From a virus (lineage: Duplodnaviria > Caudoviricetes): DNA of 30,796 bases. Shown piece after piece: positions 27,201-30,796 of this stretch. Where the stretch lies: the IMG/VR virus record IMGVR_UViG_3300037483_000196, positions 1 through 30,796 of that record. The stretch is one strand, 5' to 3'. The notes under the pieces are model-generated. The model was given only the letters and a program-made list of their open reading frames with translations. It had not been told where the DNA came from and did not search any database. Every line of letters starts with the position of its first letter. Position 1 is the first letter of the stretch. The translations under genes were made by a program, and so were the position numbers.

Positions 27201-27609
27201 CATTATCATCTTTCCATACCCGCTCTGTAATCGAGTACCCATAGTCAAGCGCTGTGAGTAGCTGGAGCAGCGTGTTCTCAAATCCGCCTTCTATCTTTTT
27301 GAGACGCTTCTCTACTAGTTCAGCCGGCTTCCATTTCTCTGGTGCCATCTCGGGCGATACGATATCCCAACCGCCAGCCAGGATGCTGTGCTTCTTGAAG
27401 CTCATCGCCGCTTTGATCTGATCATCACGACGCATCTTGTCGTAGATCGTCAGCCCCTTTCGCGATACGAGGTCGGACGGGTTGTATTCACGAAAGGGTG
27501 GGCCAGCAAACAGGTGATACGGATTACCGAAGGCTGTCTCCCCGAACGACGCCTTGGGCGCCTTGTCCTTAGAGGCGAATAGCTGCGCCAATGTGTCAAG
27601 GAGCTTCAT
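24295..27609 (-). CDS. Portal (DUF935 / Mu gp29-like) fused to MuF minor head protein, ParB-like and JAB/MPN-like domains
   Basis: Portal: ALDYGYSITE.VW, N.YG.S.L..AY..W..K, LER.GIP, GSYA.AQVH. MuF: RLETIVRTN...AYN.GR, YSAIID.RTT..C..L, PPNHYNCRS. ParB: IMDGHHR. JAB: EH...HNHP.....S..D. Confidence 0.9.
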   Translation of the reverse strand: MKLLDTLAQLFASKDKAPKASFGETAFGNPYHLFAGPPFREYNPSDLVSRKGLTIYDKMRRDDQIKAAMSFKKHSILAGGWDIVSPEMAPEKWKPAELVEKRLKKIEGGFENTLLQLLTALDYGYSITERVWKDDNGAYLAALKTRAPHQMEFISDVFGNVTGLEQNARPLPMDKFVLYSYATEFSNHYGTSDLEAAYRAWWTKDNAYKWMAMLLERMGIPPIFALYNADDYKGDQLSKLKTIMLRMQAATTGIIPRGDKDSMELWSPELAGQVSTVFIPAMDMFNRDIARAILMPGLLGATPDDAEGSYARAQVHFDVFMLVIEHVRRELQELVNAQIVAQIVAVEVGPLEEPPRFEFRPLTDDVRIDLMESWGKMVDADIVKRQGEDEKHIRKQLKFPEREAKDEDFDEPEPAPPGEGGVADDQIPSGAGGNPGKGKVKRLAAPTRSAHFEQVARRLDALEAQSKDKLKGVLAALRDVFIADLPKKPTAAKINDLKMPGSPLEDSIASMLLAAFGQGRKDVRTEVNPKPNAKPAMTPKAAIRYLREKALWVKGITEEQLLKDAKAVLLQSLHNGEGTAETVHKLQDVWLPYLGDESIIEDELQLTAPRLETIVRTNTTDAYNNGRLVEMRDPDLEGFIHGVEYSAIIDERTTELCQHLDRKIFRIDDVDIDRFTPPNHYNCRSILVPIMVDEPIDVADLITATDKGIALDLMDKGFGGTARFAWDESQHPRVPAGSGDESGQFGPGGGGGIPDDVQDGKDNFGRSLPGTAEVPFHVKREKQTEIILHEDYKAAKKIAQIKTVRLSSLIATEGHVDRNQTSKILSGNAGKSVTLPLVASYEGSLYIMDGHHRLSAAKWKGDIDAEVRLIKVGKAADTEHFTWDESQHPRDDQGQWTDAGGGSSSTRIEETLKERALKAGQEKGIEHASVINEDGEVIIDKDGDTHYVEFTEQEISEMRGSIVLHNHPNQTTLSEGDLRMTNSAQLREIVAVTEDGGVYRGKALMDNHLVGNAYTAVHFTIMRNLNNAIASQDLLPPPTEFTLEKANMVYGHAANTALSKIGAIAYDAQLGKYMKDSIASYNAHSNGFEALVDAAANVAKGVLP
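24940..25434 (-). repeat. Two WDESQHPR...GQ(F/W)...GGG motifs (24940-24963 and 25411-25434)
   Basis: An identical octapeptide precedes each of the two accessory domains. Confidence 0.9.
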
Positions 27610-27833
27610 GGTTTGAGCGCTTTCATGATCTCGCGACGCGTCTCAGTCGTAATCTGTGCCACTTTATCGCCATGCAGTTCAGCCTCCACGCTGAAGTTGA
27701 TGCTGTCACCTACGCGTAAGCGCATCCGGCTGTTCTTGGATTCATTGGCCGCGACCAATACATGCACCTCGACCACGACGCTATGGTCATTCATGCTCGC
27801 GATATGGAAGGTGACCAAGCGCTCATGACTCAC
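27606..27833 (-). CDS. Hypothetical protein
   Basis: Probable GTG start at 27833; stop overlaps the portal ATG. Confidence 0.5.
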   Translation of the reverse strand: MSHERLVTFHIASMNDHSVVVEVHVLVAANESKNSRMRLRVGDSINFSVEAELHGDKVAQITTETRREIMKALKP

Positions 27834-28008
27834 TGGATACCCGCTCCTGTGTATTCCACTCCGTCGGCCACAGGAACCCGCATAGCGAGCACCAATACTC
27901 ATCCATCATACCGTACGGATCATTTAGCGCACCGCGCACCTGGAATGTCTTCACCCCGCACATCGGGCAGACGTCGGAAGCGTCATCCTTGATCGGATTG
28001 TCCATCAT
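27823..28008 (-). CDS. Small zinc-ribbon protein
   Basis: CPMC...CSLC; ATGA-coupled to terL. Confidence 0.6.
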   Translation of the reverse strand: MMDNPIKDDASDVCPMCGVKTFQVRGALNDPYGMMDEYWCSLCGFLWPTEWNTQERVSSES

Positions 28009-29402
28009 TCCCAGCCTCCCGCGCTGGTCAACTCATTCACGAAACCGTCCTCAGCATCTTCGGAGCCATCACGATATTGTGTACTAGTCAACGTAGCCGC
28101 GCCAAACTCTGCTCTGCTCAAGTCAACAGCACCCCGGTTGAACAGGTCAGTGAACGCCCAGACCAATGCATCCATCCTGTCGGGGGAATCCTTTGAGTTG
28201 AGTGGGTCATAGGTACACATCTGATCTTCCAGCTCAGGGAAACTGCCGACGTGGTGGATGCGTCCTTGTTCGTAAAGCGAGCTGATGGGCTCCGCGCGAG
28301 TCCGCTTGCCGCGTGATGCATGGACAGCGCGGTAAGGCACAGACCTATCGATGCTGCGCAGGACAGTCTCGACGAGATCACCGCCGTTGTTCACCTCCGC
28401 AATGATGCGATCGCCACTGTAATCTTCGAGCCGCTGAATGGCGCGTCTCGCCCATTTCTCCGGGGTATCGTGCAGCGTCGCATCCGTCAGGACATAGCCG
28501 TGTCCGTCGGCGCCTAGCCCCGCAACAATGATGCCTGTGTCTGCCGCTTCCTCGTTAGACTTGACGGCAGGGTCTACGCCGACGACCACGCGCACCAGTT
28601 CACACGGTACAGCACTGAGCCGCAACTGATCCAGGCGCTTGTATGTCCACAACGCACCCGGAATGTCGTCCAAGATCTCCGCATTGAGTTCTTGCCGACC
28701 GAGGCGCGTGCCTTCATGCCGGCGAATAATTGATTTGTAGATAGGGGAAAGGTTTGACAAATTCTCATAAGTGGACCCACCAGTATTCACTGTCATCGGG
28801 TCTTTGAGGATCAGTTGCAGGGTCTTGGTTGGACGTGGGGTTGAGGTGATACAGACTTGTGGGTTGGCACCGAGACGCAAACCATAGCCCAACTGATCCC
28901 ATACTTCAACCTGCGTCTTGAACTTGAGTAGTTCATCGACCCATGCGCCATCGTGCTGTGGGCCGCGGAGCTCTTCTGGTTCTTCACTTGAGTAGATTGT
29001 AGCAATGGCCCCATTGGGCCATGTAAGACGTTTCTTGGAAGGTTCGTACTTGGGGCGAAACCATGGTGGGCTTATTTCAAGTATTCCGCTTTCACCCTCA
29101 ATCATAACATCGCGCGCTTCGCCGGGGTCTTTAGCAACAAAGGCCAAACGTCCACACTGTTCCGTTTCGACTTTGTTGCGAACCCATTCTGCTCCGGTTC
29201 TTGTTTTACCGAATCCACGACCTGCTAGCACAACCCAAAAGCTCCAATTGCCGCCCGGCGCAAGCTGGGCTCGCCTAGCCCATGACGGCCAGTCGTAGTG
29301 TAGAGCACAAAGCTCATCCTCAGTGAGTGACGCGAGGAAGGTTTTGGCCCCCTTCGCGCTCAATCGCTGAACCGAGCTTGCGTCTTGCAGATTCGGTTGC
29401 AT
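28005..29402 (-). CDS. terL: Terminase large subunit
   Basis: Walker A LAGRGFGKT, Walker B AWVDE, nuclease VGVDP, DTGIIV and SPDRMDALVWA. Confidence 0.95.
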   Translation of the reverse strand: MQPNLQDASSVQRLSAKGAKTFLASLTEDELCALHYDWPSWARRAQLAPGGNWSFWVVLAGRGFGKTRTGAEWVRNKVETEQCGRLAFVAKDPGEARDVMIEGESGILEISPPWFRPKYEPSKKRLTWPNGAIATIYSSEEPEELRGPQHDGAWVDELLKFKTQVEVWDQLGYGLRLGANPQVCITSTPRPTKTLQLILKDPMTVNTGGSTYENLSNLSPIYKSIIRRHEGTRLGRQELNAEILDDIPGALWTYKRLDQLRLSAVPCELVRVVVGVDPAVKSNEEAADTGIIVAGLGADGHGYVLTDATLHDTPEKWARRAIQRLEDYSGDRIIAEVNNGGDLVETVLRSIDRSVPYRAVHASRGKRTRAEPISSLYEQGRIHHVGSFPELEDQMCTYDPLNSKDSPDRMDALVWAFTDLFNRGAVDLSRAEFGAATLTSTQYRDGSEDAEDGFVNELTSAGGWE

Positions 29403-29655
29403 TGATCATCTCCAGTTGGATCTTCTCTCCATCGAGACCTCCTACCTCCATCCGAGTTGGTATGGTGTGTTTGGCAAGGAGTTTGTAATACTCGGTTTTG
29501 TTTTCTTCTGCCCATGCTTGAAGTGCGGGGGTACCTCCTAGTCCTACGAAACATTCAAGCAGCACATCTCTCATGGAAATGTTCACACCCTTCTTCTGGA
29601 CAGCTGAGAATTTTTCCTTGTGGGATGATTTAGGAGAAGGGGAAGACGGTTTCAT
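29320..29655 (-). CDS. Putative terminase small subunit
   Basis: Directly upstream of and overlapping terL; LGG..AL.AWA.EN.TEYYKL and EVGGLDGEKI resemble TerS-position proteins. Confidence 0.65.
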   Translation of the reverse strand: MKPSSPSPKSSHKEKFSAVQKKGVNISMRDVLLECFVGLGGTPALQAWAEENKTEYYKLLAKHTIPTRMEVGGLDGEKIQLEMINATESARRKLGSAIEREGGQNLPRVTH

Positions 29656-29794
29656 TTTCTATCTCACACGAAGAGAGTAGCTCTGATACTAGCTGGTGTT
29701 TGGGGAAATTGCAAGAACTTTTTGCTTTGAGATTCTTGGCTGTTTTTGCCCTGTTTTTGCCCCCTGTCTCTTCGATTGCACTGCTGTTAAGGGC

Positions 29795-29820
29795 GGGCTC
29801 CCCCCTAAAGGGGGGAGTCC
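29795..29820. promoter_or_regulatory. GC-rich hairpin CTCCCCCC-TAAA-GGGGGGAG
   Basis: Perfect 8-bp stem at 29798-29817, extendable by 3 bp with one G-T pair; function unknown. Confidence 0.45.
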
Positions 29821-29924
29821 CTCTCCGGTTAACAGGTGCAAGAGTGCCTTTATAACCCGTTATAATGGTTATATAACCCTTTTTTAACCCCTTCACCCAC
29901 ATATTTAGTGGGTTCAAAGTTTGA

Positions 29925-30156
29925 GGGTTAACTAATGTAGCATCCCAAGGCTTTCTCTTTCAAACGCCGCGTAAACAAACATTTCCAACTCTTTGAAATG
30001 TGCAATCCAAGGATCACATAGGTGTTTCACCACTCTAACCCACATGAACAAACAAATCCTTGGGTATTATAAGAATTTGCTAATATAACCCCCAAGGGGG
30101 GGGGGGTTAACTAATGTAGCATCCCAAGGCTTTCTCTTTCAAACGCCACGTAAACA
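29925..30156. repeat. 53-bp direct repeat (29925-29977 and 30104-30156), one mismatch
   Basis: gggttaactaatgtagcatcccaaggctttctctttcaaacgccRcgtaaaca occurs twice, with starts 179 bp apart. Confidence 0.95.
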
Positions 30157-30194
30157 GCAGACATAGCGAAATGCTAATATGCCCATAATATGCC

Positions 30195-30796
30195 CTAAAA
30201 TTCATCCTCTGTATCCTCTTCATCAGCGCGCATATAATGCTTCCTCAAATACCCCATACCCTCCTCCGTTAAAGCCCTGCCCGCCAGGTACCCGAGGTCT
30301 TCTGCCTGTTTCAACAACTGCGAAATTCTAGGTTGACTGACTTCCATAATCTCCGCCAGGGCACCGTGTGACAGGGAGGGACTATTATGCAACAAACGCA
30401 TCGCATCAGCCCACTTAGGTAACACCGCTACCCTAGAGCGGTCTTTCAGAGACCATACGAGACTCCCTCCCGTCCCTATAATCAACGCAGCTTCGCCGAG
30501 CGACGGTTTCGGTTCGACACCGCGTGCTTTGGTGATCTCAAATCTGAACTCACAGCCGCCATGTGATACGAGCTCGGGTACCCCAAGCTTCAAAACCAAA
30601 TCCAGAATATCCTCCCGCCTCGATGCTCCCCGCTGATCCCCTGATTTCCCGGAATGGTGCAGGAATACTACGCTCTTGCCCATCAACCTCAGATCGCGAA
30701 AAAACATCACCATTGAATCCTGCTCAAAGTTAGAGTTCTCGTCCACCCCGAAAGTTAGAGCACTCAAATTGTCGAAGAATATGAAGTCAACTCCAC
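30195..30796 (-). CDS. RecA-like AAA helicase (RepA/AAA_25-like) with C-terminal HTH; 5'-partial
   Basis: Frame is open to the window edge: Walker B FIFFDN, DENS, VVFLHHSGKSGDQRGASRRED, and HTH SHGALAEIMEVSQPRISQLL. Confidence 0.8.
   Translation of the reverse strand, partial: GVDFIFFDNLSALTFGVDENSNFEQDSMVMFFRDLRLMGKSVVFLHHSGKSGDQRGASRREDILDLVLKLGVPELVSHGGCEFRFEITKARGVEPKPSLGEAALIIGTGGSLVWSLKDRSRVAVLPKWADAMRLLHNSPSLSHGALAEIMEVSQPRISQLLKQAEDLGYLAGRALTEEGMGYLRKHYMRADEEDTEDEF

Noticed and set aside
28005-29402. Intein or intron in terminase (or portal)
   Set aside because: TerL has normal length and contiguous motifs; the portal's extra length is explained by MuF and cargo domains, with no splicing motifs seen.
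140-29887. Numerous plus-strand and alternative-frame ORFs in the track (e.g. 7340-7936, 9661-10398, 21561-22382)
   Set aside because: They are antisense or off-frame shadows of well-supported minus-strand genes in GC-rich DNA, with no recognisable motifs.
29630-29917. 95-aa minus-strand ORF upstream of terS
   Set aside because: It runs through palindromes and low-complexity tracts, has no clear RBS or motif, and is probably noncoding.
29925-30156. Direct repeats as a mini CRISPR array
   Set aside because: Only two copies, 53 bp long with a 126-bp gap, and no cas genes.

Overview
Nearly the whole window is the late (virion and lysis) operon of a tailed dsDNA phage or prophage with a non-contractile (siphovirus-type) tail, encoded on the minus strand. 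In transcription order: 3' part of a RecA/AAA-type helicase, a repeat-rich ~540 bp noncoding region, TerS, TerL, a Mu-like (DUF935) portal fused to MuF and two accessory domains, a block of small ORFs with two paralogous radical SAM enzymes, Mu-like protease/scaffold, cement protein, major capsid protein, a truncated GIY-YIG, a fibre-like block, a ~1000-aa GT4-methyltransferase-GT2 fusion, Mu-like neck genes, tail tube, frameshifted chaperone, tape measure, an RcGTA-like tail tip (DUF2460, DUF2163, NlpC/P60, split megatron-like protein), fibre, holin-like protein, amidase and lipoprotein. The most notable signals are: (1) a candidate virion glycosylation/tailoring system embedded in the head module; (2) a copy of the tape-measure C-terminal motif, conserved at protein level, inside the glycosyltransferase fusion; (3) a portal-MuF-ParB-JAB polyprotein with WDESQHPR-delimited cassettes followed by an unannotated candidate immunity gene. 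All family assignments come from motif recognition by eye and synteny, not from database searches.
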